A DNA stretch of 64,000 nt from an uncultured Planctomycetaceae bacterium (lineage in GTDB: Bacteria > Planctomycetota > Planctomycetia > Pirellulales > Thermoguttaceae): the NCBI GenBank assembly GCA_964631235.1, contig CAZVZX010000013.1:15013-79012 (forward strand), in the 5' to 3' direction. Below are positions 36,839-46,737 of the stretch, piece by piece. The notes beneath the pieces were generated by a model. The model was not told the DNA's origin and ran no database searches. It was given only the letters and a program-made list of their open reading frames with translations. The stretch's first letter is position 1. Each line of letters opens with the position of its first letter. The translations under genes were made by a program, and so were the position numbers.

Positions 36839-38167
36839 ATGAGCCAACGATCTTGCTTAAGGAGTTCTGTCGGTGCGGCCGGTTCGAAGCGGCGCGACTT
36901 TTTGCGTTCTGCGGCCTTAGGGGGAATTGCGGCGGCGAGTCTGTCGCTTTCCCGTTCGGCGCATGCCGCCGGCAGCGACGTGATCCGCATCGGGATGGTT
37001 GGCGCCGGCGGACGGTGCGCGGGAGCGGCAGCGGATGCCATGGAGGCCGATCCGGCAGTGCGATTGACCGCGGTGGCCGATCTGTTTCGGGATCGGGCAG
37101 TCGGAAAACGCGATGCGCTCAAACGAGCCAAGCCGGAGCAGGTGCTGGCGGACGACGATCATTGCTTCGGCGGAATCGACGGCTTCAAGCACGTGATTGA
37201 CGCCTGCGACGTGGTTCTGATCGCCTGCGCGGCGAAGTTCCATCCGATGTACGTTGCAGCGGCCGTTGCCGCCGGCAAGCATGTATTCTGCGAAAAGCCG
37301 CATGCCATCGATCCCTATGGCATCAAGGTGTTGCAACGGGCGTGCGCGGAGGCGAAGCAGAAGAATCTGGGCGTGCTTTCCGGGCTGCAAAGCCGTTTTT
37401 CAGCATCGATCGCAGAGACCATTCAGCGGGTGATCGACGGGCAAATCGGCGAGATCGTGGCGATCGAAGAGAACTTCATTCGCGGGCCGTACGGCGCGAT
37501 CCAACGGCCCAAGGGGTTGCGCGAGTTGGAAGTGCAGTACGGCAATCAATATCGCTTTTCGTGGCTGTGCGGCGATGATGTAACGCAATCGCTAGTTCAT
37601 AATCTCGACCGCGCCACTTGGGCCCTGAAGGAGACAACGCCGGTTCGTTGCCACGGACTCGGTGGGCGTTCGTCGTCGCAGCATTTGCTGGGCGATGTGT
37701 TCGACCACCATTCCGTCGTGTACCACTACGCCAACGGCACTCGTCTCTATGCGTTTTGCCGCACCACGCTGAACTGCTACAACGAAACGTCAAGCGTGAT
37801 CATGGGCTCGAAAGGAACGGCGTTGCCCTTGGCGGGAAGAATCACGGGCGAAAAGCCCTGGAAATTCGAGGGGCCGAATCCCAATCCCTATGTCGAGGAG
37901 CACCGGCAGTTTCTCAAGTCGATTCGCGACGGCAAACCGATCAATTGCGGCGACTACATGGCCCGAAGCACTCTGGTGGCCATCATGGGACAGCTTTCCT
38001 GCTACAGCGGCAAAGAGGTGACGTGGGAGCAGGCATCGTCGTCCGATTTCTTCTTTCCACCTAAACCGGAAGACTGCACCTGGGAGATGGAACCGCCCAC
38101 CAAGCCCGACGATCAGGGTATCTACCCGGTTTGCGCGACGCCGGGGTTCAGCAAGAACGTCGGATGA
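36839..38167 (+). CDS. TAT-exported Gfo/Idh/MocA-family oxidoreductase
   Basis: ATG 36839 with SD GGGAGA. Twin-arginine signal SKRRDFLRSAALGGIAAASLSLSRSAHA. Rossmann IRIGMVGAGGRC. The track ORF start at 36380 is an upstream in-frame extension. Confidence 0.8.
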   Translation: MSQRSCLRSSVGAAGSKRRDFLRSAALGGIAAASLSLSRSAHAAGSDVIRIGMVGAGGRCAGAAADAMEADPAVRLTAVADLFRDRAVGKRDALKRAKPEQVLADDDHCFGGIDGFKHVIDACDVVLIACAAKFHPMYVAAAVAAGKHVFCEKPHAIDPYGIKVLQRACAEAKQKNLGVLSGLQSRFSASIAETIQRVIDGQIGEIVAIEENFIRGPYGAIQRPKGLRELEVQYGNQYRFSWLCGDDVTQSLVHNLDRATWALKETTPVRCHGLGGRSSSQHLLGDVFDHHSVVYHYANGTRLYAFCRTTLNCYNETSSVIMGSKGTALPLAGRITGEKPWKFEGPNPNPYVEEHRQFLKSIRDGKPINCGDYMARSTLVAIMGQLSCYSGKEVTWEQASSSDFFFPPKPEDCTWEMEPPTKPDDQGIYPVCATPGFSKNVG

Positions 38168-38281
38168 CGCTGTGCGCAACTGCAAAACGGGCGAGCGAGC
38201 CTCTGCGCCTGTCACAGGCCGGCGTAGCGCCGCCCGCCGGGCGTTTGCCCCGGATGACGGCGCCGGCCTTTGCTCGAGACC

Positions 38282-39451
38282 TTAGTGCCGTTCGGCAGTC
38301 CGATCGAACCAGGGGGCTAGCTCGAGCGATTGATATGGACCGTCGCTAACCGGCGGCTGCGACAGCGCTACGTGCAATCGCCGGTCGGCCGGCTCGAACA
38401 CCATTGACTGAATCGTCAGCACGCCCTGATTCACGCGATGAAGGTAGTCGCAAAGGACGGCCACGTCGATGCGTCGAGGATTCGCCTGAGCAGTCAGCAG
38501 CGTTTCGTAACGCCGGCACCCCAGGCCGGTGGTCAACGATTCCGTTCGAAAGTGGTTGGTGCAGGGCAGCAACCCGTCTTGCGGATTGCGCCGCGCAACG
38601 GTTTTCGGCGTGATTTCGAAAACAGCGGCTGTTTTCGGGTCGCACACGGCCAGGTTGAGCATCGTGCTGCGCGGCGACGATCGCAACACTCTTTCCGCGT
38701 CATCGACGGTCTTGCATTCTTCGAGAATGCGGCGGAATACCAGCGTGTACGGGGCGCCTTCGGGGTTGAACAGGCGCGATCCATCGGCAGAACGATAGAC
38801 ATTATGCACGGCGATGGCGAGTCCTGATTCGTTCATGCCGGAAAGCGCACCGATCAGCCCGGCAAACCCCACCGTGGCGAACGCCTGTTTGCCCTCGGGG
38901 CGGTACACCGTAACCAGGCTGTACCGATGAAGCATGCCGAACGAGGGAAAATCGAGATTGCGGGCGAAGAGCGGGCTTTTCGCACCTCGTTGGGGCGGCA
39001 GGACGATCAGCGACGAACAGCCCCAACCGGCCCGATATACGTCCATCAAGGTATTAGCGCCGATCAACAACTTCAGATCGACCTTCGCCTCTTCGGCCAT
39101 GGCCGTCAGTTCGAGGGAATGGTCGGCGCCCGCTCGCCGCCATAGCACTTCACCTTGATCCAGAACTCGGTCGATCTGTGGTTCGAGCCCCAGACCCCGC
39201 GCCACCGTTTGCGGGAAGTTCGTCAGACGCCGCACGGCCTCGCCGAGCAGGGCGCCTTGCTGCCGACCGATTTGTTTCGGATTGCCGGCGACATGCAATA
39301 CAGGCACATCGCCGACGTACTCGAGGCGGGCGTCGCCCCAGCGGCCTTCAGCGAACGTCCGCGGCTGGGCCGCCCAGGCTCCGGCACTCGCCAAGACGAT
39401 GGCAGCAACAAACAACGCCGGTCGTAGAAAACAACGGGCCAATCGATCCAC
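38282..39451 (-). CDS. Secreted Ntn-hydrolase, peptidase C45 / acyl-CoA:6-APA acyltransferase-like (tentative)
   Basis: Signal peptide MDRLARCFLRPALFVAAIVLASAGAWA. A Gly-Cys autoprocessing-type site in AGWGCSSLIV. The family assignment is from memory of the C45 pattern. Confidence 0.5.
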   Translation of the reverse strand: MDRLARCFLRPALFVAAIVLASAGAWAAQPRTFAEGRWGDARLEYVGDVPVLHVAGNPKQIGRQQGALLGEAVRRLTNFPQTVARGLGLEPQIDRVLDQGEVLWRRAGADHSLELTAMAEEAKVDLKLLIGANTLMDVYRAGWGCSSLIVLPPQRGAKSPLFARNLDFPSFGMLHRYSLVTVYRPEGKQAFATVGFAGLIGALSGMNESGLAIAVHNVYRSADGSRLFNPEGAPYTLVFRRILEECKTVDDAERVLRSSPRSTMLNLAVCDPKTAAVFEITPKTVARRNPQDGLLPCTNHFRTESLTTGLGCRRYETLLTAQANPRRIDVAVLCDYLHRVNQGVLTIQSMVFEPADRRLHVALSQPPVSDGPYQSLELAPWFDRTAERH

Positions 39452-39505
39452 GGCAGGAGTCTCCGTTGGGGGCGAGGGCCAATGGAACGAACGACGGTCG
39501 GCCGA

Positions 39506-40936
39506 TCAGAACGTATCGGCCTGATACTCGACAAAATCTTCGTTCGGCACTTCTTTTAGGTTATCAAACCGCGTGTATTTGTCGAACCAGGCGAGCTTCA
39601 CTTCGCCGGTCGGGCCGTTGCGTTGTTTGGCGACGATCACCTCGGCCTTGCCGAGCAAATCGAGTTCTTGGGCCTCTTCTCGCGTGTGATAATACTCCTC
39701 GCGGTGGATGAACATCACCACGTCGGCGTCTTGCTCGATTGCGCCCGATTCGCGCAGGTGGGCTAGCTTCGGACGGTGACCTTCTTTGCCCGCTTCGACC
39801 TGCCGATTTAATTGCGCCAAGCAAAGAACCGGAATCTCCAGCTCGCGAGCGAGGTGTTTCAGCCGTCGCGCGATCTTGGCAACCTGCTCTTGTCGAGGAT
39901 CGCGGGGGTCGTCGGGCTGAATGAGCTGCATGTAGTCGATCACGACCAGCCGGATGCCCTTCTTGCGGCGCAACCGCCGGGCACAGGCGCCGATTTGAGT
40001 GACGGTGCGTGCCGGCGTGTCGTCAACGAAGAACGCCGCTTGGCTTAGCTTGTTGGCCGCGCGGGTGAGGCTTTCGCGATCGGCGCCGGAAAGAAACCCG
40101 CTGCGGAACTTCGTTGCATCGATGCGTCCCTGAGAACAGAGCATGCGTTGCGCCAGCTCGTATCGCGACATTTCCAGACTGACGAAGAGCACGGGATTGT
40201 TGCCCTTGATCGCCACGTTCTCGGCAATGTTCATGGCCAGGGCCGTTTTGCCCATGCTCGGCCGCGCAGCCAACACGACCAACTCCGAATTGTGCAGGCC
40301 GCCGGTGAGATTGTCGAGATCGGTAAAATGGGTGGCCACCGACGAAGCTTCGCCCTTATTCAACCGGGCGTCGATCCGCTCGAACGCTTGGATGAGCAGG
40401 GATTGGATGTCGGACACTTGGTCTGTGGTCCGAGCGTCGTGCAGCGCAAAGATGCGCCGCTCGGCATCGGCCAGCAGGGCGTCGGGTTCGTCGCAACCCT
40501 CGTAGGCGTCGCGGAGTGTTTCGGTACTGGCCAAGATCAGATGGCGAAGCGTGGCCTTGTCGCGGACGATCTTTGCGTAGTAAACCGCGTTGGCCGCATG
40601 GGGCACGGATTGGGCTACCTCGAAAAGATAGGCCATTCCACCGATCGATTCGAGCAGGCCCTTGGTGCGAAGCCGCTCGACCAGCAAGGTGGCGTCGATT
40701 CGCTGTCCGCCGGCGTGCATCTCCAAGATGGTTTCGTAGAGTTTGCGGTTGGCGTCGGCGTAGAAGTCGTCCGGGCGAATGATCGTTGCCACCTCGTCGC
40801 ACAGCTCCGGCACCAACAGCAGACTGCCCAACACACCCCGTTCCGCTTCGAGGTTTTGCGGGGGCGCTCGGTCGAGAAGATCGCCGGTCGGCGGCGGTCG
40901 CCGCTCGGGCTTTTCAGGGCGATGATCGTCTGCCAT
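39506..40936 (-). CDS. dnaB: Replicative DNA helicase DnaB
   Basis: N-terminal PPQNLEAERGVLGSLLL. Walker A AARPSMGKTALAMN. A RecA-like C-terminal domain. I prefer ATG 40936. Confidence 0.9.
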   Translation of the reverse strand: MADDHRPEKPERRPPPTGDLLDRAPPQNLEAERGVLGSLLLVPELCDEVATIIRPDDFYADANRKLYETILEMHAGGQRIDATLLVERLRTKGLLESIGGMAYLFEVAQSVPHAANAVYYAKIVRDKATLRHLILASTETLRDAYEGCDEPDALLADAERRIFALHDARTTDQVSDIQSLLIQAFERIDARLNKGEASSVATHFTDLDNLTGGLHNSELVVLAARPSMGKTALAMNIAENVAIKGNNPVLFVSLEMSRYELAQRMLCSQGRIDATKFRSGFLSGADRESLTRAANKLSQAAFFVDDTPARTVTQIGACARRLRRKKGIRLVVIDYMQLIQPDDPRDPRQEQVAKIARRLKHLARELEIPVLCLAQLNRQVEAGKEGHRPKLAHLRESGAIEQDADVVMFIHREEYYHTREEAQELDLLGKAEVIVAKQRNGPTGEVKLAWFDKYTRFDNLKEVPNEDFVEYQADTF

Positions 40937-41426
40937 GGTCGTCCGTGCCTTTCCGGTGCCTGTGAAGCCTTTTCCGTGTTGAAGCAATGCGATTCCGCGT
41001 TCGCTTGCCAGAAAACGAAGCGGCCCTCGATGGATCGCACGTTGAAAAAGCTCTGCGGAACGGCATGATCGCGTTCGAGTCTATCGGTGAAGACTCCATT
41101 TGCAGTGCCGGCACGTTCGACTTTTTCAACGGCCTGGTGTAAAGCGTCGCTTCATACCGAGATTGGTATTATCGGCCTTCGGCGTAACGACGCAAACCCC
41201 CGACCCTCTGACGGGGGCATCAAAGGGCCTGCGAGACGCGCATCACAGCATCGGGACTTCCGTAATCGAACTGCAACCGAGGAATCAGCCCGACTGACCG
41301 CCCACTGCCCGCGGCACGAAGCAAACCGCAATTGAAAAACCACGGCCGTGGCGATCGAGTGCGGCACGGAGGAAAAGAACCACGCCGCGGGGCCTGCCGT
41401 ATCGCCCGAAAGACGGGCCGGACCAG

Positions 41427-42953
41427 TCATGAGTCAGTGTCGCCGGGCTTCGCATCCGAACTCTCGGTCCAGGCGCGCCGTTGACGAGAACTGGGGATTC
41501 TCATCGCCTTGCGGTACTTCGTCACCGTGCGCCGCGCCACCTTGATTCCTTGCTCGGCCATTTTGGCCATCAGATCCTCGTCGCTGAGAGGATTGCTCTT
41601 GTCTTCGTTGTCGATCAGCTCTTGGAGCTTCATCCGGACGGTGTCCCAGGCCACCTCGACGCCGTCGGCCCCAACCGTGCCGCCGCAGAAGAATCGTTTC
41701 AGGGGGAAGATACCCCGCGGAGTCTGGATCCATTTGTCGTCCACGGCTCGACTGACGGTGGTTACGTGGACGCCCACCTTATCCGCAATCTGTTGCATCT
41801 TCAACGGCTCGATGTGTTCCGGCCCTCGATTGAGAAACTCGGTTTGGTGGTCGACAATCGCCTGCGCCACTTTGGTTAACGTTTGTCGTCGCTGTTCGAT
41901 CGCTTCGATCAGCCATTGGGCCGAGTTGATTTTTCGCTTGATCCAATCGCGGGCTTCGGTGGCGGCTTGACCCGACGCAAGGAGCTGCCGGTAATACGGA
42001 CTAATGTAAAGCGAAGGCAACCGAGCATCGTCCAAACGAACGACGTAGCGGCCCGATTCATCCTGCTCGACATAAACGTCGGGAGTCACTGGTTGAACGG
42101 GTTCGTCGTAGAAATCGGCCCCCGGTTTCGGATTGAGGCGGCGCAGTTCGGCCACAACCTCTTGAATCTGCTCGATCGACCAGCCGGTCTTGCGTTTGAT
42201 CGCCGGCAGGCGATTGGCCTCGATGTCTTCAAGATGGTCGGAAATCAGCGTCCGCAATTCCTGTTCAAACGGTTGTCCCGGCCGAACTTGCAGCAGAAGG
42301 CACTCGCGCAGGTCGCGCGCGCCGACGCCCGGCGGGTCGAGCCGTTGAACAAGCTTCAGCGCCGTTCGGGCGAGTTCCAAATCTTCGGCGGTGGCGGTCG
42401 GCGGGAGGATGTCTTCCAGTCGGCCCTGGAGATAGCCGTTCGGATCGAGATTATAGATGATCCGTTCGGCCATCGTCCGAGTGGGTTCGTCGAGGTCGAA
42501 CCACGCCAATTGATCGCGAAGATAATCCTGAAGAGTCTGCTGATGGGCAGGTGTGTTGGCCAAGGCGTCATGCTTGCGTTCGGCGGCCTCCTCGATGCCG
42601 CCTCGCGATTGAGAGACGCTTTCGTTGAACGCCTCGGGGCACTCCTCGTCCATGTTGCACAGGCGTTCGAAGTCATCTTCGTTTTGAGTCGTTTCGTTAA
42701 TGACCAGTTCGCGTTCGCCCTCGGTTGGGGCGTCGGGAATTTCGCGGACGTCGGCGTCCCCCGCGTCGGCCGGGAGCTCAGGCTCTTCTTCGCGCAGCTC
42801 CAGAACCGGATTCTCCTGCAACTCCTGCTCGATGCGCTCTTGCAGCTCGAGAATTGGCAGTTGCAGAATCTCCATCGACTGGATCATCCGCGGGGCGAGA
42901 ATCTGCTTCTGCGCCATCCGCATGTCTTGGCCGAGTGACAGTCGCATATCCAT
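41427..42953 (-). CDS. rpoN: RNA polymerase sigma-54 factor
   Basis: Region I MRMAQKQILAPRMIQSMEILQLPILEL. Acidic region II. RpoN box ARRTVTKYR. I prefer ATG 42953 (MDMRLSLGQ); the ORF extends to 43109. Confidence 0.9.
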   Translation of the reverse strand: MDMRLSLGQDMRMAQKQILAPRMIQSMEILQLPILELQERIEQELQENPVLELREEEPELPADAGDADVREIPDAPTEGERELVINETTQNEDDFERLCNMDEECPEAFNESVSQSRGGIEEAAERKHDALANTPAHQQTLQDYLRDQLAWFDLDEPTRTMAERIIYNLDPNGYLQGRLEDILPPTATAEDLELARTALKLVQRLDPPGVGARDLRECLLLQVRPGQPFEQELRTLISDHLEDIEANRLPAIKRKTGWSIEQIQEVVAELRRLNPKPGADFYDEPVQPVTPDVYVEQDESGRYVVRLDDARLPSLYISPYYRQLLASGQAATEARDWIKRKINSAQWLIEAIEQRRQTLTKVAQAIVDHQTEFLNRGPEHIEPLKMQQIADKVGVHVTTVSRAVDDKWIQTPRGIFPLKRFFCGGTVGADGVEVAWDTVRMKLQELIDNEDKSNPLSDEDLMAKMAEQGIKVARRTVTKYRKAMRIPSSRQRRAWTESSDAKPGDTDS

Positions 42954-43105
42954 CCACCTGTCGTCGAAAAGCGGCTCGAAGATAGCCGTTCCCAGTGTAC
43001 TCCCTACGATGGGAAGCGAGAACGACGGGCGAAGCGATTCGGCCCGACCTTCCTCTGAGCTTCGGCCGAGCTGCCCGCGTTTCCCCGCGGTTCCAATCAT
43101 CCATT

Positions 43106-43711
43106 TCAATAATCAAACGCCTGACGGCCGGTTAGGGCATCGGCAAGGATTTCCTTGTTGGCAAACTCCAACACACTGCCGCTGGTGATCCCCCGGGCTA
43201 ATCGCGTAATCCGGATGGGCAAATCGCCCAACAGGCTCGAGATGTGCAACGCCGTGCCGTCTCCCTCGATGGTCGGATTCGTGGCCATGATCACTTCGCG
43301 GAACTTTCCGCCGCGCACGCGCTGCACCAACGCGTCGATGGTGAGCTGCTCGGGCGTTATTCCCTCCAGAGGAGCGATCCGTCCCAACAAAACGTGGTAC
43401 AAGCCGCGGTAAACGCCGGCCTGTTCCAACGCCAGCAAATCGCGAGGTTGCTCGACAACACACAACAATTCTTGATCCCGCCGCGGATCGCGGCAGATCG
43501 AACACAACTCTTCCTCGGCCAAATTATAGCAGACGCTGCAATAGCGAACGTTCTCTTTGACGCGACGAATCGCCTCAGCCAGCGCCAACGCCTCGGCTTT
43601 CGGCGTTTTGAGCAGATGATACGCCAGCCGCTCCGCCGATTTCTTGCCGATGCCCGGCAATTTCGCCAGTTCGTTGATCAACTCGGTGACCGATTGGCTC
43701 ACTTCCGGCAT
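43106..43711 (-). CDS. recR: Recombination protein RecR
   Basis: Hh[19 protein letters not shown]4 zinc finger [17 protein letters not shown] Toprim region. ATG 43711 (MPEVSQ). Confidence 0.9.
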   Translation of the reverse strand: MPEVSQSVTELINELAKLPGIGKKSAERLAYHLLKTPKAEALALAEAIRRVKENVRYCSVCYNLAEEELCSICRDPRRDQELLCVVEQPRDLLALEQAGVYRGLYHVLLGRIAPLEGITPEQLTIDALVQRVRGGKFREVIMATNPTIEGDGTALHISSLLGDLPIRITRLARGITSGSVLEFANKEILADALTGRQAFDY

Positions 43712-43784
43712 AATCCGACTCGCTTCCCTCGCCAAACCCTTTCGGCCGATCAGCCCTGCCGCCGCGCATCCGCAAACCGAGCGA

Positions 43785-44168
43785 CTAACTCGGCGGCTGC
43801 GAATCGCCGCCGGCGGGGCCCATGCCGGCAAACTTCTCGATTGCCTCTTGCACCCCCGGCAGTTCGAGGCCGCCGGTGATTTCTCGCATCGCCTCGACGT
43901 GAAGCTGTCGCCCTTTGGCGATTGCCTGGTTGATTGCCGCAATCACGAGGTCTTCCAAAAGCTCGCGATCGCCTTGCTCGATCAGCTTCGGGTCGATCGA
44001 ACACCGCGACACCTCCAACAAACCGTTCAATTCGACCTCAACCAGTCCTCCGCCGGCTGAGCCGACGGCCCTCTTGCTTTGCAATTGTTCGTTGAGTTGG
44101 CGCATCTTCGCGCCGACTTGTTGGGCGCTCTTGAGCATCGAAGCCAAGTTTGCAATTCCCTTGAACAT
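43785..44168 (-). CDS. ybaB: YbaB/EbfC-family nucleoid-associated protein
   Basis: [29 protein letters not shown]...[11 protein letters not shown]... is a typical YbaB layout. ATG 44168. Confidence 0.85.
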   Translation of the reverse strand: MFKGIANLASMLKSAQQVGAKMRQLNEQLQSKRAVGSAGGGLVEVELNGLLEVSRCSIDPKLIEQGDRELLEDLVIAAINQAIAKGRQLHVEAMREITGGLELPGVQEAIEKFAGMGPAGGDSQPPS

Positions 44169-44460
44169 TTCGAATCCTTGCTGTAACCCGACGGCAATGA
44201 TGCGGGTCGGGCGTTTTTCCAAGTCGATTGTTGCCTTTGGAACGACGATCGCATCGAGACGGACGAGCGGCCGTTTGCCTGAACAGACGCGGCACCTCCG
44301 TCGCCCTCCCGCTGCCGAGGATCACGAGCATGCTGTTGAACGCCAAGTCGATCCTCAACCATCTCCCAGTATAGAGCATGAAGCCGGCGATCAAAAGCTG
44401 GACGCTCCGATTGCAGTGAGGCAATCGCCGCAAGGGAGCGATCTTGTTCCGTGCGGGAGC

Positions 44461-45171
44461 TCAGACGCCGCAAATTCCGCCCGAAGCCACCTCGGCGATC
44501 AGCCGGGGCGGAACGCCGATATCGCACACGTGAACGGAGCCGGTGAATCGCTCGACGCCGGGAGCGAGAAACCCGGGTTTTTGGGCGACGAAGGTAAACG
44601 TGCAATGCGCGCGAACCGTCGGCACCGCGGCCTCGCCGGTATCGCAATCGAGTCCGCTAGGCAAATCCACGGCCACGATCCGGGCCGGGCAGGAATTCAT
44701 GTGCGCGATCAGCTCGTCGAACGGCGGGCGCGGCGCGCCGACGGAGCCGGTTCCGAGCAGGGCATCGACGATCGTGCCCGCATCGGTCGCGTATCGGTCG
44801 AAAACGACGGGATCGAACCGATTGCCGCAAACGACGATGGTGGCTCCAGAGGCCGCAAGGATGCGGTAGTTGATGGCTGCGTCGCCGGTCAGCCGGTCTG
44901 GGTCGGCGAAGAGCAGGGTGATGGCCGGAATGCCGCGAATCTCCGCATGCCGAGCAATCACGAAACCATCGCCCGCATTGTTGCCTCGTCCGCAACAAAT
45001 CAGCCATGGACCCGGCAGACCGAGCCGAAGCATTCCGTCAACGACTCCGCGGCCGGCATTTTCCATTAAGACAATGCTGGGAATGCCGTATCGTTCGACG
45101 GCCCATTGATCGACGCGCCGGCATTGCTCACGGGTCAGCACGCCAGTCGCATGAACGTCGGTCGGCTTCAT
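44461..45171 (-). CDS. nnrE: NAD(P)H-hydrate epimerase (YjeF N-terminal domain only)
   Basis: 236 aa. IVLMENAGRG and CGRGNNAGDGFVIARH. Confidence 0.75.
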   Translation of the reverse strand: MKPTDVHATGVLTREQCRRVDQWAVERYGIPSIVLMENAGRGVVDGMLRLGLPGPWLICCGRGNNAGDGFVIARHAEIRGIPAITLLFADPDRLTGDAAINYRILAASGATIVVCGNRFDPVVFDRYATDAGTIVDALLGTGSVGAPRPPFDELIAHMNSCPARIVAVDLPSGLDCDTGEAAVPTVRAHCTFTFVAQKPGFLAPGVERFTGSVHVCDIGVPPRLIAEVASGGICGV

Positions 45172-45198
45172 GCCCTTTTCATCTCACGGAGTAGGCTA

Positions 45199-45231
45199 GG
45201 CGAGGCGGGACCGGCGGCCCGGGGCCTCGCC
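45199..45231 (-). terminator. Hairpin after the TIM-barrel gene
   Basis: GGCGAGGC (45199-45206) / GCCTCGCC (45224-45231), an 8-bp stem with a 17-nt loop. It lies 20 nt downstream of the stop at 45251. Confidence 0.3.
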
Positions 45232-45250
45232 TCATCGGCAATTCGAGCTT

Positions 45251-46264
45251 TTAGAAACCGCGCGAGGCTTTTACATCTTCGAAATCGCGGAGATGGTATT
45301 CAATCCCGACGTAGTCGAGCACGCGGCAAAGGCCGCGGAGGGCCACGCCCATTCCGTCCGGTCCACTGAAGCCACCGAACTGGCCGCCGCCCTTGACGTG
45401 AGGTTCGAGATCGAGAAACACGCCCGGCACGCCCCGGCGACGAAGCTTTCGCTCCAAGGACGGGATGATGCCGGCAAAGTCGCGGAGGATGCGTTCATGA
45501 GCGGCATCGCCGAGGTCGGCCGGCACGAAGTTGGCCAACTTATCTTCGTTGACATGACCGCTCTTATCCACTGGGCCGGGATCTCGGTAGTCTTTGATAT
45601 GCAGCCAGCCGAGGCCGGGCTTCATCGCTTCGTATTGATCGTAAACCTCCTGCGGCCCGAACCCCTGCACGATGACGTTGGCGGCGTCGAAGATGAGCAC
45701 CATCGCCGGATGATTGACCTTCCGGTAGATTTCGGCCAACAGGTCGCCGCGGCAGCCGACGAGATTGGCCTCGATTTCCAGTCCGAACGTCAAGTCGGAG
45801 CGGTGACAGACCTCGGCAATTTGCCCAAGCTGATCGACCGCTTGCGAAAGGTAATCGCGGGGGTCGGTGCCTTTCGGATGATAGAAGGAAAATCCGCGAA
45901 TCAATTTCGTTTCGAAGGCGTGCGCTAGCTCGCAGACCTTCTTCACGTCTTGCGCAAGGTATTTCTTGAATGGGATGTAAACGTTCTTCGTGCCGTCGTC
46001 AACGTCGCAGAGCTTGACCTTGCCGATCGGTGAACCGATCGACGAGACATTCAGGCCGAAATCGTTTTGCAACTGCCGGATTTTCTGGATTTCCGAAACG
46101 GTCAGCTTCATGACATTCTTGATGCCCGAGCCGACGTCGATAAACCGAATTGTGTAATACTGTAGCCCCAGCGCGGCAAACACGGCGAATTGCTGCGGCG
46201 CGGTCTTGTCGAGGGCCGATTCGTCCGCAAAACCGGAGAGAATCACACGGGGTTTATCAACCAT
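45251..46264 (-). CDS. Sugar phosphate isomerase/epimerase (xylose-isomerase-like TIM barrel)
   Basis: 337 aa. The alternating beta/alpha pattern and motifs (GFADES, IRGFSFY, LEIEANL, IFDAANV, HIKDY) are typical of AP-endonuclease-2/xylose-isomerase-like TIM barrels. The substrate is unknown. Confidence 0.6.
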   Translation of the reverse strand: MVDKPRVILSGFADESALDKTAPQQFAVFAALGLQYYTIRFIDVGSGIKNVMKLTVSEIQKIRQLQNDFGLNVSSIGSPIGKVKLCDVDDGTKNVYIPFKKYLAQDVKKVCELAHAFETKLIRGFSFYHPKGTDPRDYLSQAVDQLGQIAEVCHRSDLTFGLEIEANLVGCRGDLLAEIYRKVNHPAMVLIFDAANVIVQGFGPQEVYDQYEAMKPGLGWLHIKDYRDPGPVDKSGHVNEDKLANFVPADLGDAAHERILRDFAGIIPSLERKLRRRGVPGVFLDLEPHVKGGGQFGGFSGPDGMGVALRGLCRVLDYVGIEYHLRDFEDVKASRGF

Positions 46265-46605
46265 TGTCTTTCGCTTTCCGGCAGAGTGTTCGCGTTTTCA
46301 ATGCCTGGTTCGATCCGAAAGCCTTCGACCGACGGCCGCCATCGACGCGGATGCGTCCAAGGGAACGACCAGCGTTCGCCGGTCGAACGGCTCAGACGAC
46401 GTATTGTCGCTTCAGGCTGTTCCCCGGGCAAGAGGGGCGACGGAAAGCTGTGGGAGAAACGAGTATCACTCGCAGAAGAAATGGACGCGAGGGGCCTTTC
46501 CGAAGCGTCATACGGCTGCGAAGATCAGATCAATATCGCAGCGGCGTTGCGGGTGCGCCATTGCCGTGGGGGCGGCGCCGGTACCACGAATCACTAGAGA
46601 AAGCC

Positions 46606-46676
46606 GCGAAAGACGGAAAGCGGTACAAACCGGGAGGGGACGCGATCGGCCGCGTCGTTGCGATCGGGGCCGCTTT
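46606..46676 (+). promoter_or_regulatory. Conserved ~70-nt intergenic element, copy G (function unknown)
   Basis: GCGAAAGACGGAAAGCGGTACAAACCGGGAGGGGACGCGATCGGCCGCGTCGTTGCGATCGGGGCCGCTTT. It ends 62 nt before the pfk ATG at 46738. Confidence 0.65.
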
Positions 46677-46737
46677 CGCAATTGCGTGGAACAATTTGGG
46701 GCGTCGGCTTTTTTCGTCAGCGAGAGGAGCGTTGGCC

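Noticed and set aside
46296-46320. A weak sigma-54-like AGGCATTGAAAACGC on the minus strand upstream of the TIM-barrel gene.
   Set aside because: Only the GG and GC dinucleotides and the spacing match. Both flanking half-sites are poor, so it is at the level of a chance hit.
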